Shown here one piece after another: positions 54,001 through 62,259 of a stretch of 64,000 nt of DNA. Each line of letters opens with the position of its first letter. The first letter of the stretch is position 1. The notes under the pieces were generated by a model. It made no database searches, was not told where the DNA came from, and saw nothing but the letters and a program-made list of their open reading frames with translations. The stretch lies in the NCBI GenBank assembly GCA_965112155.1, contig OZ218103.1, one strand, 5' to 3'. The DNA is from Podarcis liolepis (taxonomy: Eukaryota). Both the position numbers and the translations under genes were made by a program.

Positions 54001-57000
54001 GCGGTATGTCTTTTGCAAACCATTTATTTTTCAGCTGTAGCAACTTAATTTTGGAAGGGTTTGCTGTGTTATAATAATACACCCTCAGCAACATTAAAAA
54101 TAGCCAGTCGATAGCTCTCATTTGTAAATAACATTAGGCTGCCATTTTTCTTTCTTTCTTTTTTTTTTTTTACTTGAATCAATCTTTCTGCACTAAACCT
54201 GGGGAGGGATAGGCTATTTAAAACATGCCATGTTATTTAAAGTGACTATAATAGCTTTCTTTTCACAGGGTTAGCAAAGCTGGTTTTCATAATTTACAAA
54301 AGCTTGGGCCAGTTCCTCAGTACGGAAAATGCAACCATCAAACTGGGAGGAGAGTTTGCTGGCAGGAACAGTACCATCGCTGTGAACTCTGACGTCATTG
54401 CAGCCTCCATCAACAAGGAGTCCAGTCGCGTGTACTTGACAGACCCTGTTCTTTTCACCCTGGCACACATTGATGTGAGTTATGGTAATGAATTAATGGG
54501 AAGGTCATAAAATCAGCAAGAGCAAAGAGCAAAGAAGGGACGGGGGTGGATCTTTCAATTTGAATTTTAAATGTCGGACTAGGTCAGAGGCACAGGTTTG
54601 TTTAAGTCTACGAACATAAAATTAAATGAGCCTGGTTCAGTGATTATTAGAACTTAAGTGTATTCTTAATGAAAGCTAATTCGGTAATCAACATGAAAAT
54701 GTAAATGGCTCTAATTTGTTCCTAAGTGAAAATTAACTCTTACCTTAGCAGCAGGACAGAAAAACACCAGCTCTTATGATTTTGCTTCCTTAATGCAGCA
54801 AAATTTTAATGGGACTTAGAGCATTTTGCTTTAATTCCATTCTGTCTGCTGGAGCCCATTCACTAATCGTTCAGATAGGTTTTAGTCAACGAGGGAATCT
54901 GGTGCTGTTTTCTGCATTCTGCTTGACACTAGGTTTAACTTCTCTGTGCTTGAACTAGTCAGGTGGTAGTATTCCAACTAAACATCAGGAAGAACTTTTT
55001 GACAATAAGAGCTGCTCAACAGTGGAATAGACTCTTTAGAGTAGTTGTTGTTTTTAGCAGAGGTTAGATGTCCATCTGTCATGTATGATCCAGTTGAGAT
55101 TCCTGTATTGCAGGGGTTTGGACTAGATGACCCTCAGGATCCCTTCCAATGCTACGATTTTATTTTCGCAGCTGAGATTTTCCATTTACCAAAAGAGAAG
55201 ACTCATAAAAAAAAAGGAAAAATCCCCTATCTAGGTGTTTTTCCCCAGACTAGTTTTTCAGTTCAGTTTAATCTGAATTATTATGTCTAGTGATCCTTTA
55301 GACTTGATGGAAATTGAGAAAAGGAAAGTGAATTCGTTAGTAAATCCTCAATTATTCAAGAAGCCCTTTAGAGAAACTTCATGAATCTACTGCTGCAGGA
55401 TCGGCAGAAATGGCCACAAGTGCACAGTATGAACATTGAACAGCAAGTAGGAAACTGATTGATTAAAATTAGATCTATAGTAATGTGGATTGCACTTTGG
55501 CATATTTTAAACTATTAGACCCACTTTATAACTAGGTGGTAGGCTTGTTCAACATGTTCTTGTCGGGTTTGCTAATGCTGGGTACAATCCACCACAGTCT
55601 ATCCTAGGTCACCTTAATTGCTGTTTAATGGTGTATGAACCTATGCCCCTTATTCAGTTGTGCTCCAAACAGCAAACCACAAAAATGTGGAGAATGTAAT
55701 CCAAATTGTATTCTATGCCCATTGTGCCATACTTGTCATTTCTGGGTTTACAGTTCTAATTTTCTTTCATCCTGGTGTTTTGCAGACCAAGAATTATTTC
55801 AATGCAAATTGTTCCTTCTGGAACTACTCTGAACGGACTATGATGGGCTATTGGTCAACTCAAGGATGCAAGCTGATTGACACAAATAAAACGCATACCA
55901 CGTGTGCATGTAGCCACCTAACCAATTTTGCAATCCTCATGGCACATAGGGGAATTGCGGTAAGGAACAATGCCTTTAATCGGCAACCAAATGACATTTA
56001 GAAAACCCACTTTAACTTCTCTATGTTTGAACTATCTATACAGTCGGATGTTAGTATAATTTCAGGATCCTTCTGGACATCTCATTTCAAATATGACCAT
56101 TGTGTTCCATAGGTTCAGATGTAAAATGAAGAAAAATAATGTGTCTGTTCAGCACCTTATATTTAATGCTGAATGCCATTTCATTAAAGGAGCTCAAATA
56201 TACAGTCATCCCCTATCATTATATACCAATATTTCTGCTTTCTGGCAATTTTAAGTTCTCCGACATACTCTTGCTTTCTCAAAGCATTTTGTAGATTTCT
56301 GATACGATTGCAGTTAAGGCTGCAAATTCACATTGGGACTGGTTAACTGTTGACAAAGGGATGGATATTTACACCTTTCAAAAGCATACTTAAAAGGGAA
56401 GTGTGTATTCTGCTCTGCATTCTCTAGACCCACGTATTAGGTATCTGGATGGCATCAATTCTGAGGGCATTATAGAGCTGAGTTATGCAAGACATTGAAA
56501 CTCACATATAACAGTGCAAAACATAAAGTCTGCTGCGACAAGTCCTTCTTTGCTATCCTATTAATATCATTTTGCATCCTGTCTATACATGTAAACAGTG
56601 ACTTCACTGACCCTGCCTCTAGTTCCCCCAGATTACCACATTTAAATAAATATAATCATTTCCACAATACATTCCACCTATGAACTCTTCTTACCTATCC
56701 TTTAAATCTGTAGAAAGTGTTGTGTAATTCACCAATGGGTTATGCAAGTACTGGAAAGGAATCCTGTACTGAAAAAATCAAAAACTACCAAGAACTATAA
56801 AGTACAAGTTCTTCTAGATGCTACTGAGCTATAGAGCCATGGAAATGATAATAAAAGATCTTAATTTTCTCTTACCTGGCCATGAGCTGTATCACTGGCC
56901 AAGGAGCCTGACAGCCTCACCTACTCTAACTGGATCACACAATGAGAGTTATTCATCCATTCCATTTATGGAACATATGGTTTATACGGAAGATCTCTCA

Positions 57001-60000
57001 TTTCCTTAAATTTCCTTTAATGTCCTTAACAATGCTTTATTTGTGCCTTGAATATAGAAATTGTGTTTTCCCTCCCTGCCCTCCTTCCCAAACATTCCTT
57101 AGGCTTAAAACGTGGCATGTTATTGGAAATAATAATAATAATAATATATATTTTTTCAAAGTTACCGGTAGTTTATCTCCAGTGTTTATCTCTGTAACTG
57201 TCAATGAACAGGCTGTTGTGCTGTCCTTTGAACAAAGTTGGAATTTCTAAGTGTTAGCGAGAAACTTGATATTTTAGTTTTGTATTGATCAGTGACCACA
57301 CTAATTTTCTTTACTCTTCATCCTTTCCAGTACAATGGAATGCATAGTTTACTCCTCACTGTCATCACCTGGGTAGGGATTGTCATTTCCCTTGTCTGCC
57401 TGGCAATTTGCATCTTCACTTTCTGTTTCTTCCGCGGCCTTCAAAGTGACCGAAACACAATTCACAAGAACCTTTGCATCAACCTCCTCATTGCAGAATT
57501 TATTTTCCTAATAGGCATCGATAAGACGGAGTACAAGGTAAGCCCTCTATGTTTAACACACATCTGAAGATACCTCACTGAAAGGAATGGTAGCAGTAAA
57601 GTATTTGATGGCCAAAAGAAGTTTCTCAGTTGTCTGCTTTTTCGATGCAACCTTTAGCCACTTTCCCCATGGACGGGTAGGTTGCTCAGGAAATAATGGC
57701 AGGCAGAGAAAAGGTTGAACAGCTGAATGTCTGAAACTTCTCATTTAGATGCAAAGATGGAACTATCTCATTTAGCTTGAGAGCGTTGAGATTTTGCATG
57801 GAAGATGAGTTTACCACTATATATGGCTTAGAATTTACTATGCCACAAAGACTTACACCAGTTTAGATTAAACAACAAAAAACATTGATGCCATAGAAGG
57901 TGCAGGAGGGTCGACTGGCACCCACAGGTGTTGCATTGGCAACCGCTGATGTAGAGAAAGCAAGAAAACATGCCTGTTCAATGTCGTTAAGTTGGGAACG
58001 AGTAGAAGCTTAATAAGCCTGTCAGAGAGTTTCTTGTGAGGTATTGTTTAGCATTTAAGCCACCTATTGACCAACAAGATTTTCCTTCAATACAGTGGTA
58101 CCTCGGGTTAAGTACTTAATTCGTTCCGGAGGTCCGTTCTTAACCTGAAGCACCACTTTAGCTAATGGGGCCTCCCACTGCCGCCAGAGCACGATTTCTG
58201 TTCTCATCCTGAAGCAAAGTTCTTAACCCGAGGTACTGTTTTTGGGTTAGCGGAGTCTGTAACCTGAAGCGTATGTAACCTGAAGCGTATGTAACCCGAG
58301 GTACCACTGTATTGTGTGTGTATTAGGGAGGGAGGGAGATCATACGTGTACAAGTGATGACAATTCAGATTGATGTATGGTAGTTTCTGTTATTTATGTT
58401 CATTGTTCAAGATCATCTATTGTAATCCAGTGAAACAGATTTTGCAGCTCCACAGGGACGAATGGAACTAAGGAAGCGGTTAAATGCTTAACTCCCAGTT
58501 GGCTGCAGTGGGTTCTTAGATAAACCTGCCTCTTGTCCGGTAGATGTACCTAGCATCCCCAGATACAGGAGAATGTTACACAGAAATAATACATCCCTAT
58601 CCTTAAGAGATAGAAAGCTATGGAATTCTTTTCCTTTGTGTGTCTTCATTTCTCACTTCAGATTAGCCTTTTCCTAAATCTCAAGGCATGAGGCTGAACC
58701 CATGGTTTTTCTAAAATAAGCTGCCCTTAGAATTGAGTCAGTCGGTAGGATTTTGTTCTGCACTCATCTACAGTGTGGCTAGTGATATGATAGCAGATCT
58801 TCCTAAAAATAGAAAAAGCAACGATATTTGATATTTAAAGGGAAATGGAATATTCTGACAGAGGCATAAGAATTTTCAACGGAAGGTATAAATAATACAT
58901 CTAGTAGCTGGGGCTCTTTATCTTCTTGTACCAAATCATCTGCAATATAAGCCTTACAGCAGAGTGTTAACATTGCGCTACCAAAAATTAATGGACTGCT
59001 TGCCACACTTGATATTCCATTGCGTCAAAGAATGCTAATAGGCACATACTTTCCATATCTTAACTCACAGAGTGCAAGAGAGTAGAAGCTGCAGCTACTG
59101 GGAACACAATACAGTTTTCAGTAGTTATGAATATGAAGTTTTATGTTTGGGGGGGCAGTGTGTGGGGGGGGGGTTCAATTATTTCATATACAGTATGCTG
59201 CCATTACAAACCAAGCTGTTAACATCCACATGATTTCGTTTTCTGAATACATCCGATTAAGTGGCAAGGTTGAAAAGTGTTGCACCTTGCATTTGATTGT
59301 TTCTTTTTCTTTGCAGATTGCATGCCCAATATTTGCAGGCCTCTTACACTTTTTCTTCCTGGCAGCCTTTGCCTGGATGTGCCTAGAAGGGGTGCAGCTC
59401 TATCTCATGTTAGTAGAAGTATTTGAAAGTGAATATTCTAGGAAGAAGTACTACTATGTTGCTGGCTACCTCTTTCCTGCCACTGTTGTTGGTGTCTCGG
59501 CGGCTATCGACTACTCCAGCTATGGAGCGCAAAATGCGTAAGTAATTGCTAGTGACCTGAGTGTTTCAGGCGATTTTTTTTTTTAAAGCGTGTTAGCTGT
59601 CAGAGCCCCTGACAGACTAAAATAGCACCAGAAAGCTTTATTGGTACGAGAATGGCAAGGCTGTGTGCAAATTCCAATCAGGTCTTTTGTAATTTTCTAG
59701 GTTCAGAGAATTTGTACCCTGGAGAGGCAAGATTCTAAATTACCACCTTTCTTTTTAACACAAAAGATTGACCCGAAACAAATTGGGAAAAAAGTAAATA
59801 ACTTTTTGGGCCTCCAATGAATATTAAGTAAAATAAAACAAAATAAAATTCTACTTTACTTAAAAGTATCTGGTTTGCTTTAACCCCCCTGCCCTAGTTT
59901 TAAGCTAACACTTCATTAGATTTCTTTGTTCAGCATGTTTTCGAGCCAGTTCTCTTTCTGGAGAATGATAGTGCAGGGTTTCTGCCCCAGTGGTTCACTT

Positions 60001-61562
60001 TGATAATATTTATCGGGAAAGAATCGGATTAAAATTAGCCCACTGTTTTCTATTTATAAAAAGTAGGGATATTTATACAAAGTGACAGAAGGTAGACCCC
60101 CCAAAATAATAATATTTCTGAGGGTTTATGTTGCTAGAGGCATAAATGTGCCTTCCAATAGAGCTTACTTTGTCCTTTGATGAAATTAGTTACAGTATGG
60201 GCAGATACTGTTGGAATACAAGCAAGCTGCTTGATTCTGCTGTTGATGAAAGACAAACGAAAGCGATTCCGTAGGGAGCTGTGCTATATGAAAAGTGAAT
60301 CAGTAAGTGAAGTGAGTCCCGATAAACTGATGCGTAATTTAGTTTAATCCTGTTTGGGTTTTTTTGTTTTAACTATTAAATTTGCAGCAGTGGGGCTGAG
60401 GCATTTTGTTTGCATTATGCTGCTCTGCAGAAGAAGAAGAAATATGACATTTAATCATTTTCTGAGTTGGCGTTCCTTGGGGATAGTCAAGTGATGGACA
60501 GCTAAATCATGTTTTAAATGCAGAAAAAAAAGCTGTGTGGGGAGAGGGGGACCCACATCTATACTCTTGCCTGGGTTCACGGCCTATATCAAATACTAAC
60601 CCAAAAGGAAGCAGAGTTGCTTAATCAAATACCAGGCTTTTTGTGGTTGCCCTGTACTTCCAGGTACCCCTTGGGGTTGATTAGCTGTACCACACAGGGC
60701 ATCTTCTTAATGCTTTATGCTTTTCAACTTGTTGGTTGACCCCATTCTAAGGTGAGCAGTACCAGTGGCAACATCACTATTTTTTTTGTTGCATTTCATT
60801 GAAAAGAAGTGGGGGGGGGAGGGGGAAATAAATAAGCTTGAATGAGAAGCATTGAGAAAGGAAAATGGATGTGGCCTTGAGTTTCATTCTGAGGTTTAAT
60901 AGGTTCCAGATTTGAAAAGTGTAAAAGGTACTATAGCACCACCATCAATGGTGTGTGTGTGTCATGTGCAGGTGGTTTGCAATAGTGTGAAGTAAATGGA
61001 CTGATAGGCAACAATTAATGAACGTAAAGATGAAAGCAGGTGATCATAAGGAAGTCTTGTTGAACAGCCTTAGTAAAAAGCTCAATAAACAGACACATTC
61101 TCAAGCATATGCTCGTGTTCAGAATTACATCTCCATGCATTTAACTGAAAGAGAGAGTTGCATGGCTGATTTTCTCAACGTAGAACACTTATGGTGTGCT
61201 AATGCCGTTTCCCTTGGCGCCCATGCCATTGAATGATGTCAATCTCCTCCCACTTGACACTCCAAATCACGCTCAGGAATAACATACCTACAAGGAAGCA
61301 AGACAGCCAGGTGTGTATGGCATCCATTTTCAAGAATAGGTTTCATATGGATGTCCACATGGGGTTACTGCTTAAAAAAAGGTCACATCATAGCCAGTCC
61401 ATGTGAATAAGTCCTAAGAGATGTCTACTTTCCATTGGTAACATAGAGTGTATGTGCTGTTCTCACACCACTTTTCTTTTATTTTCCTGTAACAGCTGCT
61501 GGCTCAAGGTTGACAACTATTTTATCTGGAGTTTCATTGGGCCTGTTACCTTCATTATTCTG
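612..61562 (+). CDS. ADGRL2: Adhesion G protein-coupled receptor L2 (latrophilin-2), partial multi-exon CDS: join(612..825,17777..17886,29434..29448,30613..31413,43580..43876,44440..44543,46269..46454,47181..47219,51553..51736,53881..54003,54269..54474,55786..55959,57331..57537,59317..59537,61496..61562); 5' and 3' ends outside window
   Basis: All exons have AG/GT boundaries and compatible phases. The joined 2,948 nt translate without stops into the RBL-OLF-STP-HRM-GAIN/GPS-7TM order of latrophilins. Residues recalled as LPHN2-type rather than LPHN1/3: [77 protein letters not shown]. Confidence 0.97.
1905..2035 (-). mobile_element. Degraded CR1-like LINE fragment
   Basis: gttctagaattatgagagag...ttttctctactcactgtctccacactttgcatagttttataaacttctatcatgtc resembles the antisense of the CR1 ORF2 3' region (recalled); boundaries approximate. 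Confidence 0.5.
3855..3968. mobile_element. Old, diverged copy of the palindromic hAT-type MITE family
   Basis: ccagatgttttagactagaattcc...ggccatgttggctggggct...gaagtctaaaccactgg resembles the 136-bp elements at 11322 and 42462; ends eroded. Confidence 0.5.
7473..7731. mobile_element. Non-autonomous Tc1/mariner-superfamily (Tc2/pogo-like) MITE, 259 bp
   Basis: 22-bp TIRs ctgtattttt(t/c)gctctataaga with 1 mismatch; TA duplication at 7471-7472 and 7732-7733; internal hairpin at 7575-7639. Confidence 0.85.
9544..9602 (+). repeat. (GAAA)n tetranucleotide microsatellite
   Basis: Uninterrupted aaag/gaaa run, about 14 units. Confidence 0.97.
10961..11483 (-). mobile_element. Full-length Sauria SINE (tRNA-related head, (ACCTTT)n-type tail), interrupted by a MITE at 11322-11457
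   Basis: Antisense of the recalled Sauria SINE consensus (gggtcatgtggccagcatgactaagccgcttctgg, tttaccttcccgc, ggggattcgaac B-box). Perfect 14-bp TSD caccttatggaagt at 10947-10960 and 11484-11497. Confidence 0.92.
11322..11457. mobile_element. Palindromic hAT (Charlie-like) MITE, 136 bp
   Basis: 58-bp near-perfect inverted arms starting cagtgtttcccaacc; right flank gtttagac, left flank gttt-c (TSD partly deleted). Confidence 0.88.
11555..11665. mobile_element. Diverged copy of the palindromic hAT-type MITE
   Basis: ggactacaactcc...ggccaaaatggctggggctaatgggagttgtagtc core retained; termini eroded. Confidence 0.6.
11700..11925 (+). mobile_element. Tigger/mariner-like MITE, 226 bp (copy 1 of 4)
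   Basis: TIR cagtgg(c/t)acctcaggtta...taacctgaggtaccactg, TA TSDs, internal reiterated cttcaggtta motifs; near-identical to the copies at 32247, 33430 and 58093. Confidence 0.9.
13127..13169 (+). repeat. (TG)n microsatellite
   Basis: About 21 perfect units. Confidence 0.97.
14151..14191 (+). repeat. (AC)n microsatellite
   Basis: About 20 perfect units. Confidence 0.97.
14972..15260 (-). mobile_element. Sauria SINE, older and internally deleted copy
   Basis: Aligns by eye with 10961-11483 (ggtaaagggacccct, gggtcatgtggccagcatgact, gtttaccttcccgc, gaccttctgatc); lacks about 65 bp after tatctact and lacks the head terminus; no TSD seen. Confidence 0.85.
17777..17886 (+). CDS. ADGRL2: ADGRL2 exon, C-terminal half of RBL domain (110 nt, phase 2 to 1)
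   Basis: ccccag|G TGC AAC AAC... translates [36 protein letters not shown]; donor A|gtaagt. Confidence 0.96.
18420..18712 (-). mobile_element. Degraded LINE 3' end (L2-like)
   Basis: (TTG)n/TTA tail followed by ccttcatccgaagatcataggacagttcacaacataaaaa, like recalled squamate L2 3' ends; family assignment uncertain. Confidence 0.5.
28575..28664 (+). mobile_element. Deleted tRNA-Lys(CTT)-derived SINE with CR1-type tail
   Basis: tagctcaattggtagagcatgagac (A box) ... ggttcaagccccacattgggc (B box and acceptor arm), then caactctacgattccatgattcta (CR1-type octamer tail). Anticodon arm partly deleted, so not a functional tRNA. Confidence 0.7.
29434..29448 (+). CDS. ADGRL2: ADGRL2 RBL-OLF linker microexon (splice site A); 15 nt giving KVEQK, or 12 nt (29437..29448) giving MEQK
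   Basis: Long pyrimidine tract, then aaaTAG|AAG|TGGAGCAAAAAG|gtaaat. Phase 1-1 and frame-preserving. Matches the known latrophilin KVEQK/MEQK insert. Confidence 0.9.
29989..30169. mobile_element. Degenerate Tc1/mariner-type MITE inserted in a TA-rich tract
   Basis: Right end caaggttccaccg|ta, eroded left end, internal inverted pair ccattttggaa/ttccaaaatgg, TA-repeat flanks on both sides. Confidence 0.55.
30613..31413 (+). CDS. ADGRL2: ADGRL2 exon, olfactomedin-like domain (801 nt)
   Basis: ctgctag|TT TTT GTT TGC CCT... [14 protein letters not shown]...[26 protein letters not shown]...[27 protein letters not shown]...[10 protein letters not shown]; donor G|gtaagc. Overlaps ORF 30633..31445. 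Confidence 0.98.
32247..32472 (+). mobile_element. Tigger/mariner-like MITE, 226 bp (copy 2)
   Basis: Perfect TIR cagtggtacctcaggtta and TA TSDs. Confidence 0.92.
32709..32779. repeat. AT-rich inverted repeat, 33-bp arms (1 mismatch), 5-nt spacer
   Basis: attcttactaacattaatatga(t)ttaaatgctt-gtttg-aagcatttaa(c)tcatattaatgttagtaagaat. Confidence 0.93.
33430..33646 (+). mobile_element. Tigger/mariner-like MITE (copy 3), 9-bp deletion in right TIR
   Basis: ta|cagcggtacctcgggtta...aagtacttaaccactg|ta. Confidence 0.9.
38962..38988 (+). repeat. Short (GAAA)n microsatellite
   Basis: About 6 units. Confidence 0.85.
39915..40046. mobile_element. Palindromic hAT (Charlie-like) MITE, 132 bp
   Basis: cagtgtttcccaaact...agtttggggaaccctg with perfect 8-bp TSD ccctagat at 39907-39914 and 40047-40054. 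Confidence 0.9.
41220..41379 (+). mobile_element. Diverged Squam3-like tRNA-derived SINE
   Basis: ggttcagtggaagagcacatgcttt head ... ctgaaaccc ... tataaggcagcttcctatg tail; mirrors the antisense copy at 47578. Confidence 0.65.
42462..42597. mobile_element. Palindromic hAT MITE, 136 bp, second subfamily (TIR caggcttcctcaaactcgg)
   Basis: Inverted arms and perfect 8-bp TSD ctctaggg at 42454-42461 and 42598-42605. Confidence 0.92.
42606..42670. mobile_element. Internally deleted hAT MITE (same subfamily as 11322-11457)
   Basis: cagtg joined to tcaggaatgatgggaattgtagttcaaaaacagctggaggcccaaggttgggaaacactg; flanked by ctctaggg at 42598-42605 and 42671-42678. Confidence 0.88.
42733..42764 (+). repeat. 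Interrupted (GA)n microsatellite
   Basis: agagag...aaaa...gagaga. Confidence 0.85.
42970..43170 (-). mobile_element. CR1-type LINE 3' end fragment
   Basis: taagaacacaggaacac...agagccctgctagatcaggc...catcctgttc...gggaaacccacaagcag...gtagaacatagccatt; shares motifs with 61685-62030. Confidence 0.65.
43580..43876 (+). CDS. ADGRL2: ADGRL2 exon, Ser/Thr/Pro-rich linker and start of HRM (297 nt)
   Basis: tccccag|TG CCT ACC... [17 protein letters not shown]...LPERFCE...[19 protein letters not shown]; donor G|gtaaga. Confidence 0.96.
44440..44543 (+). CDS. ADGRL2: ADGRL2 exon, HRM domain C-terminal part (104 nt)
   Basis: atatag|GA ACA GCT... [34 protein letters not shown]; donor |gtgggt. Confidence 0.96.
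45748..45794 (+). repeat. (GATA)n microsatellite
   Basis: About 11-12 perfect units. Confidence 0.97.
45880..46116 (+). mobile_element. LINE 3' tail (L2-like) spanning the assembly gap
   Basis: ggaagctgcccagagtggctggggaaacccagcca [gap] gggtata matches a recalled lacertid LINE tail. Confidence 0.55.
45953..46109. other. Assembly gap (157 N)
   Basis: Run of N. Confidence 1.
46269..46454 (+). CDS. ADGRL2: ADGRL2 exon, GAIN subdomain A (186 nt)
   Basis: tttcag|ATC AGA AGT... [20 protein letters not shown]...DSAGRSYNK; donor |gtagat. Confidence 0.96.
47181..47219 (+). CDS. ADGRL2: ADGRL2 39-nt symmetric (phase 0-0) GAIN exon [13 protein letters not shown], probable cassette exon
   Basis: taccaag|CTC CAA AAG...CTT AAG|gtatct. 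Weak AAG acceptor and weak donor. Peptide matches the recalled human [13 protein letters not shown]. Confidence 0.92.
47578..47775 (-). mobile_element. Squam3-like tRNA-derived SINE
   Basis: Antisense reads gtagctctatgatagagcatctgcactgcatgcagaaaagtcccaac (tRNA-like head) ... gactcagtataaggcaacttcctgtgttcc (tail). Confidence 0.8.
48048..48084 (+). repeat. (GT)n microsatellite
   Basis: About 18 perfect units. Confidence 0.97.
51553..51736 (+). CDS. ADGRL2: ADGRL2 exon, GAIN domain (184 nt)
   Basis: atgcag|GCT ATT GTT... [61 protein letters not shown]; donor G|gtaagt. Confidence 0.96.
53881..54003 (+). CDS. ADGRL2: ADGRL2 exon, GAIN domain (123 nt)
   Basis: cacctag|TC TTG GAA... [40 protein letters not shown]; donor G|gtatgt. 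Confidence 0.95.
54269..54474 (+). CDS. ADGRL2: ADGRL2 exon, GAIN subdomain B (206 nt)
   Basis: ttcacag|GG TTA GCA... [26 protein letters not shown]...[15 protein letters not shown]; donor |gtgagt. Confidence 0.96.
54978..55160 (+). mobile_element. CR1 LINE 3' end fragment
   Basis: aaacatcaggaagaactttttgaca...cagtggaa...cagaggttagatg...gcaggggtttggactagatgaccctcaggatcccttccaa...gatt, typical CR1 3' UTR. Confidence 0.8.
55786..55959 (+). CDS. ADGRL2: ADGRL2 exon, GPS motif with autoproteolysis site HL|T (between 55920 and 55921) and Stachel TNFAILM (174 nt)
   Basis: ttgcag|ACC AAG AAT... [58 protein letters not shown]; donor |gtaagg. Confidence 0.97.
57331..57537 (+). CDS. ADGRL2: ADGRL2 exon, TM1-TM2 (207 nt)
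   Basis: ttccag|TAC AAT GGA... [69 protein letters not shown]; donor |gtaagc. Confidence 0.97.
58093..58309 (-). mobile_element. Tigger/mariner-like MITE (copy 4, opposite orientation)
   Basis: Perfect TIR cagtggtacctcgggtta, TA TSDs, extra tandem gtaacctgaagcgtat unit. Confidence 0.92.
59317..59537 (+). CDS. ADGRL2: ADGRL2 exon, TM3-TM4 (221 nt)
   Basis: ttgcag|ATT GCA TGC... [47 protein letters not shown]...[10 protein letters not shown](A); donor GC|gtaagt. Confidence 0.97.
61496..61562 (+). CDS. ADGRL2: ADGRL2 exon, ECL2 and first half of TM5 (67 nt)
   Basis: taacag|C TGC TGG... [22 protein letters not shown]; donor |gtaaga. The next exon was not found before 64000. Confidence 0.95.
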
Positions 61563-61684
61563 GTAAGAATACTATCACTTTGCTTTCCGCCCATCTGCCT
61601 GCCTCTCTCCCAATCCACTTTATTTATTATAGTGGAAATGACCAAAATACTTTGAAAGTCAGGTTATATTTGCTATGAAACTGT

Positions 61685-62030
61685 CATAGCAAGAGGGCTT
61701 TTGGATAAGACCATAGGCCCATGTTCTCCAGCATCATCTTCTCACCATAACCAACCAGATGCTCATGGAAAGTGCACTTCTCATGGGCTGTTTCTGATAC
61801 TGATACTGGAGGTAGAAGACAGCCATCACAACTTCTAGCCACTGAAAGTCTTATTTGTCTAACTGCCTTTTAAAGCTATCCAAGTTGGGGGGGAGGAGCA
61901 CCACATCATGTGGCAGGAAATTCTACTATGCACTGTGTTCATTTTGACTGTCCCAGTATTCAACACTCCAATATTCAACTTGACTGGATGACCTTGGGTT
62001 CCAGTATTGTGAGATATGGAAACCTCTCTC
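61685..62030 (-). mobile_element. Degraded CR1-type LINE 3' fragment
   Basis: aggcccatg...ccagcatc...aaccagatgc...ctgatactggaggtaga...ttttaaagctatccaagttgg...ggatgaccttgggttccagtattgtgaga. Confidence 0.6.
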
Positions 62031-62172
62031 TGTTGTTTGTACACAAATCGGCGAATTTCGACTAGAGACTTCGTACCATTGTGATGGCATGTGAATCACA
62101 AGTCTTAGTTTTGATTTGTGTACAGTGCTATCCCCCCCTTGAGATGATACTTTTGGGATTTCAGATATCTTT

Positions 62173-62259
62173 GTAGAATCATAGAGTTGGAAGGGACCCC
62201 AAGGGCTGTCCAGTCCAACCCCCTGCAATGCAGAAATCTCAGCTAAAGTATCCCTGACA
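62173..62259 (-). mobile_element. CR1 LINE extreme 3' end
   Basis: gtagaatcatagagttggaagggaccccaagggctgtccagtccaaccccctgcaatgcag, antisense of the CR1 tail seen at 55100-55160. Confidence 0.8.

Noticed and set aside
59597-59615. Small inverted repeats ctgtcag/ctgacag here and atttagacac/gtgtctaaat at 33068-33098
   Set aside because: Stems of 7-10 bp can arise by chance in 64 kb and there is no supporting context.
612-61562. Assignment to ADGRL1 or ADGRL3, or pseudogene status
   Set aside because: The peptide follows LPHN2-type residues throughout, and all exons are in frame with intact splice sites and GPS.
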